Source: Eledone cirrhosa (Eukaryota). Taken from it: a DNA stretch of 64,000 nt. This document shows positions 51,383-64,000 of this stretch, piece by piece. The position numbers and the translations under genes were made by a program. The notes beneath the pieces are model-generated. The model searched no databases. It saw nothing but the letters and a program-made list of their open reading frames with translations, and was not told where the DNA came from. The stretch spans positions 249,612,001 through 249,676,000 of the forward strand of contig OZ024740.1 in assembly GCA_964016885.1 (NCBI GenBank). Reading direction: 5' to 3'. The number at the start of each line of letters is the position of its first letter. Positions within the stretch are counted from its first letter, which is position 1.

Positions 51383-54300
51383 AATAAAAATCCTGTGACC
51401 AAGAAATACTGGGTTGATGTTGGTGGTTAATAGCCGTGTCTCATGGGGAGAACGACTCCTCTAGTCTTGGTTGACACTTGTTCTAGGAGTGGTAACTCGA
51501 AATAATTAACCCTTGGTGGTTAAGGATAAAATGTAATAAAATACATACAATGATAAATAATAAAAACTCATACCAGATTGGTCGTCACCCTGGTGAACAA
51601 GGACTGTGTCCCCCAGAGAGGAACCAAACTAGGGTAAAAATATCAGCTAATGATTCAAACCTTCCCATCAATTCGGAGCTGGAGACCTCCCATAACCGGA
51701 ATACTCCAGCCGATGGCCCTCCATGCTCACTGCCAAGAAATCCAAACAAAAAGAGGGGAAAATGGTCAAGAGAAGACAATAAAGAAGTCTGTGAGGCTTT
51801 CTAACACTGCCATGTACTACCCATCAAATAGATTGAATACAGAACAAACATATATCAACTGGAAAAAGAAACATCCTGAAAACAGAGATTATATTGACAG
51901 TAACAAACTAGCTAATATACAAAGAAACATTGTTAAGATGTTACTAACTGACATAGAAATTGATCAGATCAAGCAATTAGGGCAAAGTCAGCGAAGGGAG
52001 AATGAAACATGTGTCAGTGAAAATGAAGTAAATTGTAACACCTTAAATCCCAGGGTCGGGGCAGAATTACTGATAGCAGTAAAAAGTGGAAACCCCAAAT
52101 GAAAACAATGAAGAGATAGATGATCAATGATAAAGAAATGAACTCGCCAACTTGAAGAATAAAATTATGATCGAATGGATGAAAATGAAAGAATCTGACA
52201 TGGAGGAATGAGACACCCTCCATAAGATTCAGAACTCCAAACAAAACCAGAGGATAATACACAAGACTCACATAGCTCTCCAAGACATTATCATCACAAA
52301 TAAACTAAACATTACTGATCTAAATCATCTCTATTATGCATCGGCCAAAGTCACCACTCACTTATGTGGAGTGAAAATGAAAAAACAAAGGAATACCCAC
52401 AAAAAACCTACTTGGCAAGAGAACATCAATCGCCAAATAAACCTTCTCCGATCTGACATTGAAATTTTAGCTAATTAAACAAACTAAACTCAGAAAATTG
52501 AAAAGAAAATACAATATAAAATCAACAAGCGACATGTACATAATGATAGAAACAACCAAGCAAAAAGTGTCGGCCAAAGCTGCTCGTATAAGGCGCTTTG
52601 AAAAACGCTCTAGATTCTATAAGGACAATAATATGTTCAAAAACATCCCAAAAAACTTTTATAGAAAAATTAGCAAGTCAACAATAACTGCTAAATCAAT
52701 ACCAACCAAAGAAGAAGTGCAAGAATTCTGGAAAAAGATCTGGGCCAAAGAGAAAGTTCATAATGTACATGCCCCATGGATAGACAGACAAATGAAAGAT
52801 ACAGCTCACCTTGAGGAACAAACATGGATAAATATAACAGTTGAACATCTGCATTCAGCTCTTAGAAAATCCCCGGGGAAAGACAAAATACCAAATTTTG
52901 GGATAAATGCTTTCACAAATGATTAACGAGTCAGAAAAAATACTGTCTTGGCTAGTTAACGGCATTACATTCCTACTTCCGAAGAATGATGAGACAAATA
53001 ATCCAAAAAATTACTGACATATAACTTGCTTGACCACGATGTATAACATTTTAACATCAGTCCTAACTGAATATACATATGATCACCTGATAACAAATGA
53101 TCTATTTCCCAATGAGCAGAAAGGGTGTAAACGAGGCTCATATGGCTGTAAGGATCAGCTTTTGGTTAACAAAATGATACTGGAAGGTTGTCATAATAGA
53201 CACAAAAATCTATCAATTGCTTGATAGATTACAAAAAAGCATTTGATAGTTTGCCACAGTTGGATTGAAAAGTGTTTAGAGATTTTCAAAATATCTCCCG
53301 TTGTCAGGAGATTCCTGTCATTCAGTATGAAGACATGGAAAACAACACTCCTTTTGAATAGTGTAAAAAAAATCACTGGAAGCTGGAGAAGTTAATATTA
53401 ATTGTGGAATTTTGCAGGGTGACTCTTTATCACTGCTTTTATTCTGCATCATGCTTATACCATTAAGTAAAATGCTCAATAAAACAAAACATGGATATAA
53501 AGTCTGTAGTAAGCAAAGCACTACTTACCATGTCGGAACAATTGGGTTACGCCTGGTCAGTCACCAGGCTGGTAAGTCGGCGACGTAGAAATACCGAGAA
53601 ATGACTTCTGTCCAGCTAGAAAATTTGCACCTCTTTTCTCTTCTAAACAGTTCCAACTTCATTGTCATACAAACAGGACATTACTAAATAAATTCCCTGG
53701 AGCGACTGGCAAGATTAAACATTTACCAAGGGACTTTGACCCTCTCAGCAAGGACCCAGCAGCCTCCTACCTAGATATATGGCACAATGGTGCCTAGCAT
53801 TCTATTGTAATATTTTACGGAAAAAAATAAATCCTATATTTATATTTCCTCGCTGTGCTTTCCTCTCTGATCCTTCCATATGGACTACCAATATTAAACA
53901 TGCAGCCTTATAACAATCTTCTTTAAGGATCCTTTCTACAAGCAAAAAATATTAATTTAAAGAAATTTTCTGCTAAAAATCTATGACAAAACTTTTAATC
54001 ACTTATTCTACATGGATGACCTGAAGCTATTTGCAAAAAATGATGAGCAATTGCAAGGGTTGTTGTCCACTGTGAAGCAGTTCAGTGATGACATTAAAAT
54101 GGAGTTTGGACTAGATAAATGCACCAAAGCCATGTTCATCAGAAGAAAGCTGCTGAAAAGTTCAGACATTAATCTTGATCAGAGGAATGTGGTAAGAGAA
54201 CTTGATTAAGAAGAAACTTATAAATATCTAGATGTTTGTGAAGGAGATGGAATCAAGCACTCGACAATGAGGGAAAGGATAAGGAAGGAATGTTACCGCA

Positions 54301-55670
54301 GAGTAAGAGCAATCTTAAGAACGGAGTTGAATGCAAGGAATAGGATCGCTGCCATAAACACGCTTGCCATACCAGTAGTAACCTACAGTTACAATGTCAT
54401 CAACTGGTCAAGCACAGAGATCCGTAGGCTCCATACAAAAATTCGAAAATTCTTAACCATGCACAGAATGCATCACCCTAAGGCAGATATAGATAGAATA
54501 TATCTCCCTAGGAAAGAAGGAGGACGTGGGTTAATCCAGTTAGACATTACGTTGAAAACTGCAACAATTGGATTATCTACATATCTAAGGGCAGCATAGT
54601 ATGATTGGATGATCAAATTAATTTTGAAACACAAAAGCAATAAAAGATCATTCTCCATTACAAAAGATGCACAAAGATACAGTAATGAACTACAAATTTC
54701 AGAAGTTCCATTTACTGCTGAAATGAAAACACAGAAAAAGCAAAGCAGGTAAAAGTAACTGCAAAGAAAGAACTGCTACAGAAACTGGCTAAGAAATGGC
54801 AAGAAAAGCCTCTGTATCCAGAAAGAGCTAACAATCCTGATGTTGACAAAACTTTAACCCATCAGTGGTTGGCATCCTCTGGACTGAAATCGGAGACTTG
54901 AGGGACTAATTATATCAGCACAAGATCAGTGTCAGCCAACAAAAAATTATCAAGCCAACATCCTAAAAAATGGGTGCAACCCATTATGCCATGTATGTAA
55001 AAAACAACCAGAGACCATTGATCATATAATTTCAATGTGCAGTCATATAGCTCCAACCAAATACCTAAACAGGCATGACAGAACTGCACAATATATACAT
55101 TGGGTAAGCATTTTGACCTGCTCCATCAAAAGAATTGGTGGGAGCATCAATCACCTCCTGTACTTGAAAAAGGTTACATTTCAATTTTGTGGAACTTTAG
55201 CATCCAAACAGACTGAAAAATAGATGCATATAGACCTGATATAATACTGAAGGACTTTAAAAAGAGGGTATGCCTGCTAATTGATATGACTGTTCCTATA
55301 GACAAGAATGTATCTATAAAAACATTTGAAAAATTGAGCAAAAATAAAGACCTGGAAATAGAGATTGGAAAAATGTAGAAGTTGAGAACTAAAACAACAC
55401 CAGTTGTTGTAGATGCTCTAGGAATGATACCTAAGGGGTCTACTTATCCCAAATCCCAGGGAACCCGCATATAGAAGAAATACAAAAAAATAGTACGAAT
55501 GGGAACTGCCTATATACTATGGAAAATTCTGTCGACACAAGTGTAAACAACTAAAGATACATGTTTGTGTGTGTGTGTTTTTCTTGAACATGGTGAACCT
55601 TGTTGTCTCTTGAGGTCACTGGTTGTGACTTGATGATAACTCATATGAGCATAAAGCAAGATAAATGAAA
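51383..55670 (+). mobile_element. Near full-length, degraded R4/Dong-like LINE (RT + CCHC + restriction-like endonuclease)
   Basis: SPGKDKI, EQKGCKRGSYGCKDQLL, QGDSLS, YMDDLKLF, YLPRKEGGRGL, C..C...HI..MC, RHD, RPDII; TAA/AAC-rich flanks. Confidence 0.92.
53505..53977. mobile_element. Probable solo LTR inserted in the R4/Dong RT
   Basis: Starts TGTAG and ends CTAAA (decayed CTACA); imperfect 4-bp TSD AGTC/AATC; removing it restores GYKIYDKTFNHLFYMDD. Confidence 0.6.
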
Positions 55671-56699
55671 TGATAACAGTAATAATAACATGAGGGCACC
55701 TAATAAATACACTACAGATGCTGTTTCATTCAGGGGTACGATTTTGACCAATTTTACATATTTACACTGACCGTGATTGGCCCAAAAATACCCTTCTTGG
55801 TTTCTATAAGGGACCAGACAAACACTGTGAATGCCACATATATTTTGCCCACAGAACAGACTCTTGGGGTTGTTCCAAAGTTTATCTTCTTCTAACATTC
55901 CCCCAAAAATTCAAAATGGTCAGTTTAAATTCTGAGGAGAAAGCAGAAGTCAGATATCAACATTCCTACTTGATGCTAGTAGCAATAACAACAGGTTAAA
56001 ATTAGCTGTATAGCTACAGAACACAGCACAGACAAAAGCAAACACAACACCCTGTTGTTATGGCTACAAACAGCAACAACATCAACAACATCCACTACTC
56101 TATCACCACCACTGCCACTATTCCATCATTGCCATCACCACTACTGCAGCACGAAACAAATAAAAACATGTAGCGAAACTGTCACTACTACTACTAGCGA
56201 TGATTAGTCAAGTAACAATAACAACAACTCAACAGTCACCACTACTACAACAAAAGAAAACCTTAACAACAAAAGCAACATTAATTATCATGACAGTAGT
56301 AACCATTACTAGTAACAAAAGGCAGCAACAGTAAGAGCAACATATATACATCACGGGGAACATGTAAACAAGATCAATGATAATAATGCTGTGGAGTATA
56401 GAGTACTCGATTGGTGTCCAATGCAGGATAGCTGACCTCAATTTTAAGGTCTGAGGGCCCATTAGAGTTGTTGAAAACACTCTCTAGAGATGGTATCTCG
56501 AAAAAAAAAAAAAATACTGATGGCTGTGACACCTCATCGACAATAACCTCATATTGAGTGAAATAGAAAAACAATTGGATAGAAATAATGGCATGAGTGA
56601 TGCTGGAGGCAGTAATGCCGAAGGTGTCTTGCCCAGTAAGTGACTTGTCAGTGAGCAGCATGGGTTCGGTAGCCATCTAACTACTGCCAGAATATGATG

Positions 56700-57900
56700 A
56701 TCAAAGAAGCTGAATGTAACTGTAATAAAGTGCTATTTTTTCAGTAGGTGTGTAGATGATGAGGGAAAGCTTGTAAAAGGCTAGAAAACGAATGCACAAC
56801 ATCTGGAAGGAGAGACAAAATTATGTGACCAGATGTGGATGATTAAAAAGAAAACGGTTGGCTAATGGAGGTAGAGTTAGAAGAAATAAAGAGAGATATA
56901 TCTGTAGAGGTCACAACTGATGATGAACATCATGAGACTGGTGAAACTGTGACGAATGAGGTGAATGAGAGAGAGAGCATAACAGAGAGTTGATGATCAG
57001 TATCACAGAGAAGAAGGAGTGAAAAGAATAAGATGATAATTGAGATCATGAAAGAGGGTCATCTGAACCAACTACAGAGACTGAAGAAGGTGGATAGAAC
57101 ATTTCTGAATGAATGAATGGACAAAAAGGGTGAATGAGGTACTGAAAGATATTAGAACAGAAAATATATCTGATACAAATAAACTTATTAATGCTATGAC
57201 TGTGTTTGTTGCAAAGAAATTAGGATTTATAAATCAAATAGGAAAAAAGGAAGGAACCACGGTGGAAGATAAGAATTTGAGAATCAATTAAGGAATTAAA
57301 AAGGCACAAATTGTGAAAATTGTATTAAAAGTGAAGAAAACAACTTAGCTTGGTACCTTAATGAATGTAAGAAGAGAGTGAAAAAAGAACTTGAAAAGGA
57401 ATGGAAGGATAAACTTATGCATGGACAGTACATTAGAGATAAATTAGGCATTGATTGGGAAAAGAGCTGGACATGGCTTAAAAATGGCAATCTGAAAGGA
57501 TGCACTGAAGCTCTGGTGTGCAGCATCCTGAAGCAGGCTCTTCGAACTAACTACATTAAACATCATGTTGATAAAACGAAAAAAACACTATTATGTAGAA
57601 TGTATGGAACAAAAGGAGAAGTGGTCAGCCATATTGTAAGCGAATATGTTAAGTTGGCACAGTGAGAGTACAAAAGACATGATAATGTTACCAGATATAT
57701 CCATTGAATGATATCTGAGAAATATGGGTTTATGGGTTTGTCAGAGCAACTAAATGGTATGAGCAGAGATCAGAAGGGGTCTTAGACTTTCGTGGGTTAC
57801 ATATCATGCAGAAGACAGCACTTCTTAGTATAGCAAGGATTTTGAAGAAAGTCTTGTCTATATGCAAGACATAGGCAAGGATGTAGTGAAGGACCTTTGT
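56700..57900 (+). mobile_element. Old, deleted R4/Dong-like LINE
   Basis: WKDKLMHGQY...WLKNGNLK..TEALV...QALRTNY...CRM...HIVSE. Confidence 0.75.
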
Positions 57901-57957
57901 TAACTTGTTGACTGCTCCCTAACTGAAATATCCAGATTATTTAACATCTAATTCAAT

Positions 57958-58148
57958 GGCGGTGGATTGGCAGTATCGGTAGAGGTTCGGACGCCATGCT
58001 TTGACGCATAGAGTTACGGCCCTTGCCATTCTGAGTTCAAATCCCGCCGAGGTTAACTTTGCCTTTCATCCTTACGGGGTCGATAAAATAAAGTACCAGT
58101 AATGCACTGGGTAATTTTCTGGCCTTGTGCCAATAGTAGAAACAATTA
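57958..58148 (+). mobile_element. SINE family B, full length with TSD
   Basis: Flanking duplication ATTATTTAACATCTAATT. Confidence 0.92.
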
Positions 58149-58326
58149 TTTAACATCTAATTGTCTGAAATTTTCAAAAATGAATCATGATAATGATGAT
58201 GAATTCTAATTTTGGCACAAGGCTAGCAATTGGAGGAGTCAATTACATCTACTCAGTATGTGACTGGTACTTTATTTTGTCAAACCTGGAAGGATGAAGA
58301 GTAAAATTGAACTCAAAATGGTAACG

Positions 58327-58332
58327 ATGATA

Positions 58333-58408
<76 letters not shown>

Positions 58409-58505
58409 GGAGGAGGAGGAGGAGGAGGAGGAGGAGGAGGAGAAGAAGAAGAAGAAGAAGAAGAAGAAGAAGAAGAAGAAGAAGAAGAAGAAGAAGAAGA
58501 AGAAT
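58327..58505. repeat. Compound microsatellite (GAT)n(GAG)n(AAG)n next to a diverged SINE B fragment (58207-58316, minus)
   Basis: Direct reading. Confidence 0.95.
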
Positions 58506-59283
58506 TGGTTTATTTAGCACAATGGCAGTGATGGGGAGAGAGGCATTGCAAGCACAAGTTACAATGAATTATATTGCAGGGCGGGTGAGGGTAGAGGGCT
58601 GTTTTGCAGAGACAAGAAGGAAGAAAACAACAGTCAAATGTCATTTGTGTGATTAAAATAGATCACTTCATAAAATATACAAAATGAGGCAGCAGTAAAT
58701 ACATATGATCCCCTGCATTGACAGTTGCTATGGAAATGCATCATTAGTTTTGGAATGGAAATCCTTTTGCATATCAATATCAAAGCAGAGAGAAGTTATA
58801 TCTAGTGTGTTAATAATCCCTGAATGGTGGTATTGGTGGTAGTGGTGGTGGTGGTGGTGATAGTGATAATGATGATGATGGTGGTGGTGATAGTTTTGCT
58901 GATAATGGGGATAATCATGGTCGTGACAATGGTGGATAGTGATTGTGGTGGTGGTGGTGGTAATGCTGTTGATGGTGGTGGTGATTGTGGTAATGGTAAT
59001 GATGGTCATGGTTGTCATTGTCAGCATCTGTTACTCAACAATTAGAAAGTCTATCAGCCAGCTCTGAGGCAAGTCTCAGCTATAGCGCCATTAAAGTTGA
59101 CAAATTAAATTTTCTAAGTCTTCAGATTTAATAGAAGCATTCAGATATGCACACACACATATGCCCACACTCTCTTATACATATGTATATACACAGAAAC
59201 TCTCTCCCTTCCTCTGCATTATCTCTGTAACTGTTTTCTACCTAACCATCTATTTATAAATATTGGAACATATTTATATCCAT

Positions 59284-59322
<39 letters not shown>

Positions 59323-59323
<1 letters not shown>

Positions 59324-60562
59324 TTATTAAAATAACAGATTAAAGTTTAAGCAAAGAATCGCTGCTTTCACCCTTAACGGGATCTTCTGAAACTAACAAA
59401 GTCAATCTGTAAACGCAGAACTGGATATTTCAAAAAACGTTGCAACCCAGCATCGTTGATTTCATTGATGACGCACCGATTAGTTTTACGGTAATCCTTA
59501 GTTACAGCATTATGTAGTAGTTGATGGTAAGTACTGCGCTCCACTTGATATAGGTTGCCAGTTTTGTCGGAATGGACGTGCACGGCGTTAGAATCCTTAA
59601 TAGAACGTATTCTATTCTTCAGGTCTTGCTGAAAGGAATTGCTCCTATTTCGAAATTTGATATTCCGAATGAGTTCCAAGACATCATTTTCGAAGGGTAG
59701 GAATGCTGGGTTCCACGGAGGGTTATTATAAGTTTTAAATCCAAATTTATCCTGTTTGTTGTCTGCTTTTCGCGGATTATCGAAATAAAAGGCACACCAA
59801 CGCAACCTTTTAATGAACACGTCTGTTTTCTGTATCAGGAGTTTTAGGTATGTTTTTCTGCTTGGTACGGGTATGTTCTTTGTAGAAATATTCAGATGTT
59901 GTTTCTGCATGATGAATATAAGTCAGTAGAGTGCTCAACCGAAGGAGCCAAATAGTAATAATAATAAAATTGAAGATTATTACTTCTGTATTGTATTTAT
60001 TTACTTTGTTCTTAACTCTGTAGCGGAGATTCATTTGGTCTCCTAGTTAGAATTTTAGTCTACGATCTCTGCTATACCATTTACGTGGTTTTGTCTTTGC
60101 GTGCTATTGTTCTCAACGCTCCACATATGACTTATTATCTTCGTTTTTTCGTTCATTGCCAGAGAACGTCTCTATGCACCACCTAAGAGAACATTAGTCT
60201 ACGACCTCTTTTATACCATAAACGTGGTTTTGTCTTTGAGCGTAATTATTTTTCACCGCTCCTATTAATGACGTATTATTCGTTTTTTCCCGTTCTTTGC
60301 CAGCGAACGTTACCACGAACCAAAGTATCGTCTTCCTGTCTTCCTCCGGTTGCAACGTTTTTTGAAATATCCAGTTCTGCGTTTACAGATTGACTTTGTT
60401 AGTTTCAGAAGATCCCGTTAAGGGTGGAAGCAGCGATTCTTTGCTTAAACTTTAATCTGTTATTTTAATAAATATTTGCTCTACGGTTCTTATATATTTG
60501 ATATATATTTTCCTTATCGAGCCCTCTTTGGATTTTAGTCTTCAATTTTATTATTATTACTA
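59323..60562. mobile_element. Rearranged Penelope-like (Naiad-type) insertion: ORF N-terminus (minus, 59450-59910) with inverted terminal-repeat copies
   Basis: STKNIPVP...FIKRLRW...SDKTGNLY N-terminus; 59323-59446 is inverted against 60347-60471; both ends lie in (TA)n. Confidence 0.9.
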
Positions 60563-60975
60563 TATATATATATATATATTGTTATACTTTGGGAGGGTCA
60601 TGTTGCCAACCAACCAGAAATTTATAAATTTATAAATTTATTATAAATTTATTATAATAAATTGAAGTGAAAGCAACTGGTGCGTGTGTTTCTTATTGGC
60701 AACATGACCCTCCCAAAGTATAACAATATCGGTTTCAACACACGATTTCAGATAAAGAATCTTGCTAAACAAATTCAGAAACGAAATATATATATATATA
60801 TATAGTTTCCTTGGAGGGATAGGGATGTTCTTCATGGAAACATCAAGGTCGAGTTTGGTCAGCATGGTTTCTTGATGATGGTTATAAGGGCACAGAGAGT
60901 GCTAAAAGGTACGTTATTCCGGGTTGAATCGGAGGTAACCACAGTAAGTAAGGTATAAAAGTTTTAATATAGATG

Positions 60976-61026
60976 AGATTCTACAGGACTAGAACTGTTT
61001 CATTCTTTAGAAATCATCAGGAATCT
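60976..61026 (-). ncRNA. Type I hammerhead ribozyme
   Basis: AGATTC-CTGATGA-T-TTCT-AA-AGAA-T-GAAA-CAG-8nt-CTG-TA-GAATCT; intact core, GUA cleavage triplet. Confidence 0.9.
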
Positions 61027-61660
61027 GGGTATCAAAAAATAAATATGGTATTTATACAAGTGGTGGGAGAGGGTGGGGAGTGGGATGGGTGTAGGTCATT
61101 GGTTGATAGAAAAGGGAATTCATTAAAAGCTAATTCTACAAAGCTATAGTTTATTTTTATTTTTATTTTTATTTATTTTTGTTTTTAGAGTAACAAAGGC
61201 AGACAGAATTCTATAAACAGGTTCAGGATGGCATGCCATTCCTTATTATTAAGTTTCTCTTAAGCTAACAGGTGTCTATAAGATCAGTGGGGGGTCAGTC
61301 ATGGTAGATAGATTTAAAGGAAAGGGAGATTCTTTAAAAGCTAAAATCATTAAGGTTCTACTCAGTGACAAAGGTTTAGAGAATTCTGTAGACAAATTCA
61401 GAATATTAAGTGCATATCTTACAATTATCCTCAAATTACTCTTAAACTATTCAACTATATGCCAAAAAACAACAGACACATTCACAAGACACACTCACTC
61501 ACACACTCGCGCGCACCCATAAACACACATACACAGACACACATATACACAGACACACATATAAATATATTTATATATATAAATATACACATACATACAT
61601 ACACATACATACACACACACACATACACACATATGTACACACATATATATATATACATAT

Positions 61661-61713
<53 letters not shown>

Positions 61714-61723
61714 TATACACATG

Positions 61724-61765
<42 letters not shown>

Positions 61766-61814
61766 TATATATATACACACATACATATATAAAAATCCAT
61801 ATATAAAAATATAT

Positions 61815-61861
<47 letters not shown>

Positions 61862-61878
61862 CATATACATATATACAC

Positions 61879-61913
<35 letters not shown>

Positions 61914-62012
61914 TATACACATATATAAGGAAAAATTGAACGGGAACAAAACAGAGGGGCAGAACAAACAAATGTTTATTGGTTTCACACTCTTGAGAGT
62001 GGGGTCACACAT

Positions 62013-62079
<67 letters not shown>

Positions 62080-62096
62080 CATACACATACACACAC

Positions 62097-62137
<41 letters not shown>

Positions 62138-62250
62138 CATATACACACCCACACATACATACATATACATATACACACACAAAAATACATACATATATAC
62201 ATATATATACACACATATACACATACATACACATACACATACACGAACAT

Positions 62251-62335
<85 letters not shown>

Positions 62336-62392
62336 TATATACATATATACACATACACATACATACACATATATACATATACACATATACCC

Positions 62393-62443
62393 AGATTCCT
62401 GATGATTTCTAAAGAATGAAACAGTTCTAATCCTGTAGAATCT
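62393..62443 (+). ncRNA. Type I hammerhead ribozyme (inverted twin of 60976-61026)
   Basis: Same fold; single difference in loop III. Confidence 0.9.
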
Positions 62444-62579
62444 CATCTATATTAAAACTTTTATACTCTGCAATGTATTGAGTACCTTACTTACTGTGGT
62501 TACCTCCGATTCAACCCGGAATAACGTATATATATATATATATAACTTCCCAAATGCAAGTCGATTGAAAGGTATGTCG

Positions 62580-62642
<63 letters not shown>

Positions 62643-62646
<4 letters not shown>

Positions 62647-64000
62647 ATAATAATAAATTTGAAGACTAAAATCCAAAGAGGGCTCGATAAGGATAAATAT
62701 ATATCAAATATATAAGAACCGTAGAGCAAATATTTATTAAAATAACAGATTAAAGTTTAAGCAAAGAATCGCTGCTTTCACCCTTAACGGGATCTTCTGA
62801 AACTAACAAAGTCAATCTGTAAACGCAGAAGTGGATATTTCAAAAAACGTTGCAACCGGAGGAAGACAGGAAGACGATACTTTAGTTCGTGGAAACGTTC
62901 CCTGGCAAAGAACGGGAAAAAACGAATATAATACGTCATTATTTGGAGCGGTGAAAAACAATTACGCGCAAAGGCAGAACCACGTTAATGGTATAAAAGA
63001 GGTCGTAGACTAATGTTCTCTTAGGTGGTTCATAGAGACGTTCTCTGGCAATGAACGAAAAAAACCGAAGATAATACGTCATATGTGGAGCGTAGAGAAC
63101 AATTGCACGCAAAGACTAAACCACGTAAATGGTATAGCAGAAGTCGTAGACTAAAATTCTAACTAGGAGACCGAATGAATCTCCGCTTCAGAGTTAAGAA
63201 CAAAGTAAATAAATACAATACAGAGGTAATAGAAATTAAATAAATACATACACGCATACAAATACGTACATACACAAGCATACGCGAAAACACTTACCAT
63301 AGGTATACAAAACCACGCACATATAAATATGTGTGTGTGTAAGCGTGTATACAAATAAATAAATAATTAAATAAACGAATATAAATAAATAAATACGTAT
63401 ATAACAGCGCACACACATGCCTACATGTAAATACACAAATGTTCGGAGGCGTAAGTCAACCAAAACATGAAGTACACATATACACACACCCTACATACGT
63501 ACGAACCTGCATACTCACACAGAAGGCAAAACACCCGTATACACATAACCAAACCATATGTACCAGAAAATATAAAATTATACGCCATAACATATACAAT
63601 CAAATATACGTACGAGAAGGTATACGTACCTTCACAAACATACAGGTAATATATACTTACCTATGCAAATAAGTAATGGTATAAAGAAAACATATACTTA
63701 GCTACCACATCAAGACGTAAAATATCCACGTATAGATCGTACTATCCGTTAGGGTATAACGTGGGGCTGTAATACAGGAAAGTTTTGTGCAATTTATGTT
63801 TACAAGCCGAAATTGCCTCAGATTTTTTGTTTAACATGTGGTCTGTGGCGTAGAGTATTTCCAGGGCCTCAGCGGCGCACCTGTATGTTTGTGAAGGTAC
63901 GTATACCTTCTCGTACGTATATTTGATTGTATATGTTATGGCGTATAATTTTATATTTTCTGGTACATATGGTTTGGTTATGTGTATACGGGTGTTTTGC
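62643..64000 (-). mobile_element. Penelope-like (Naiad-type) 3' end with inverted duplication running off the window
   Basis: Minus strand ~63780-63878 reads CAAEALEILYATDHMLNKKSEAISACKH; 63526-63647 is inverted at 63879-64000; ends in (TA)n. Confidence 0.88.

Larger units (their letters stand above)
60805..62528. mobile_element. Penelope-like terminal repeat + ORF start (MLTKLDLDVSMKNIPIPP, minus) with inverted copy at 62387-62528; microsatellite-filled centre
   Basis: SMKNIP motif; 60910-61032 is inverted against 62387-62528. Confidence 0.85.

Noticed and set aside
51383-51530. HDV-like ribozyme at the R4/Dong 5' end
   Set aside because: Plausible for this class, but the nested double pseudoknot could not be assembled by eye.
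58728-59027. His/Thr-rich ORF or terminal exon on the minus strand
   Set aside because: Mostly a degenerate (GGT/GAT)n repeat; the remainder is short and unrecognised.
61459-62446. ORFs rich in YI/CV/HT (also 18590-19187, 36085-36464, 48052-49528, 58272-58656)
   Set aside because: Translations of microsatellites.

Overview
AT-rich, repeat-saturated animal DNA. The SINE/LINE repertoire and dense (TA)n/(CA)n tracts suggest a cephalopod such as Octopus (inference). There is no complete host gene, only one candidate 101-bp exon. The window contains: several RTE-clade LINE copies, one with an open 536-aa RT ORF carrying a PHD-like finger inside the RT; L1/Tx1-like and R4/Dong-like LINE relics; many Penelope-like fragments (Naiad-type, GIY-YIG) sitting in (TA)n, with fold-back inverted ends and at least five different hammerhead-ribozyme designs; two tRNA-derived SINE families; a Chapaev3-type DNA transposon with TIRs and a TAA TSD; two deleted Helitrons; a non-coding LTR element and a probable solo LTR; and a 200-N gap. 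The central ~9.8 kb is a 48-bp satellite with higher-order structure that grew out of a minisatellite in the RTE 3' UTR. Highlights are a 611-bp terminally redundant hammerhead element (retrozyme/circRNA candidate), the ribozyme diversity, the LINE-born satellite, and Helitrons carrying a Penelope fragment. Everything was read by eye, so boundaries of degraded elements are approximate.
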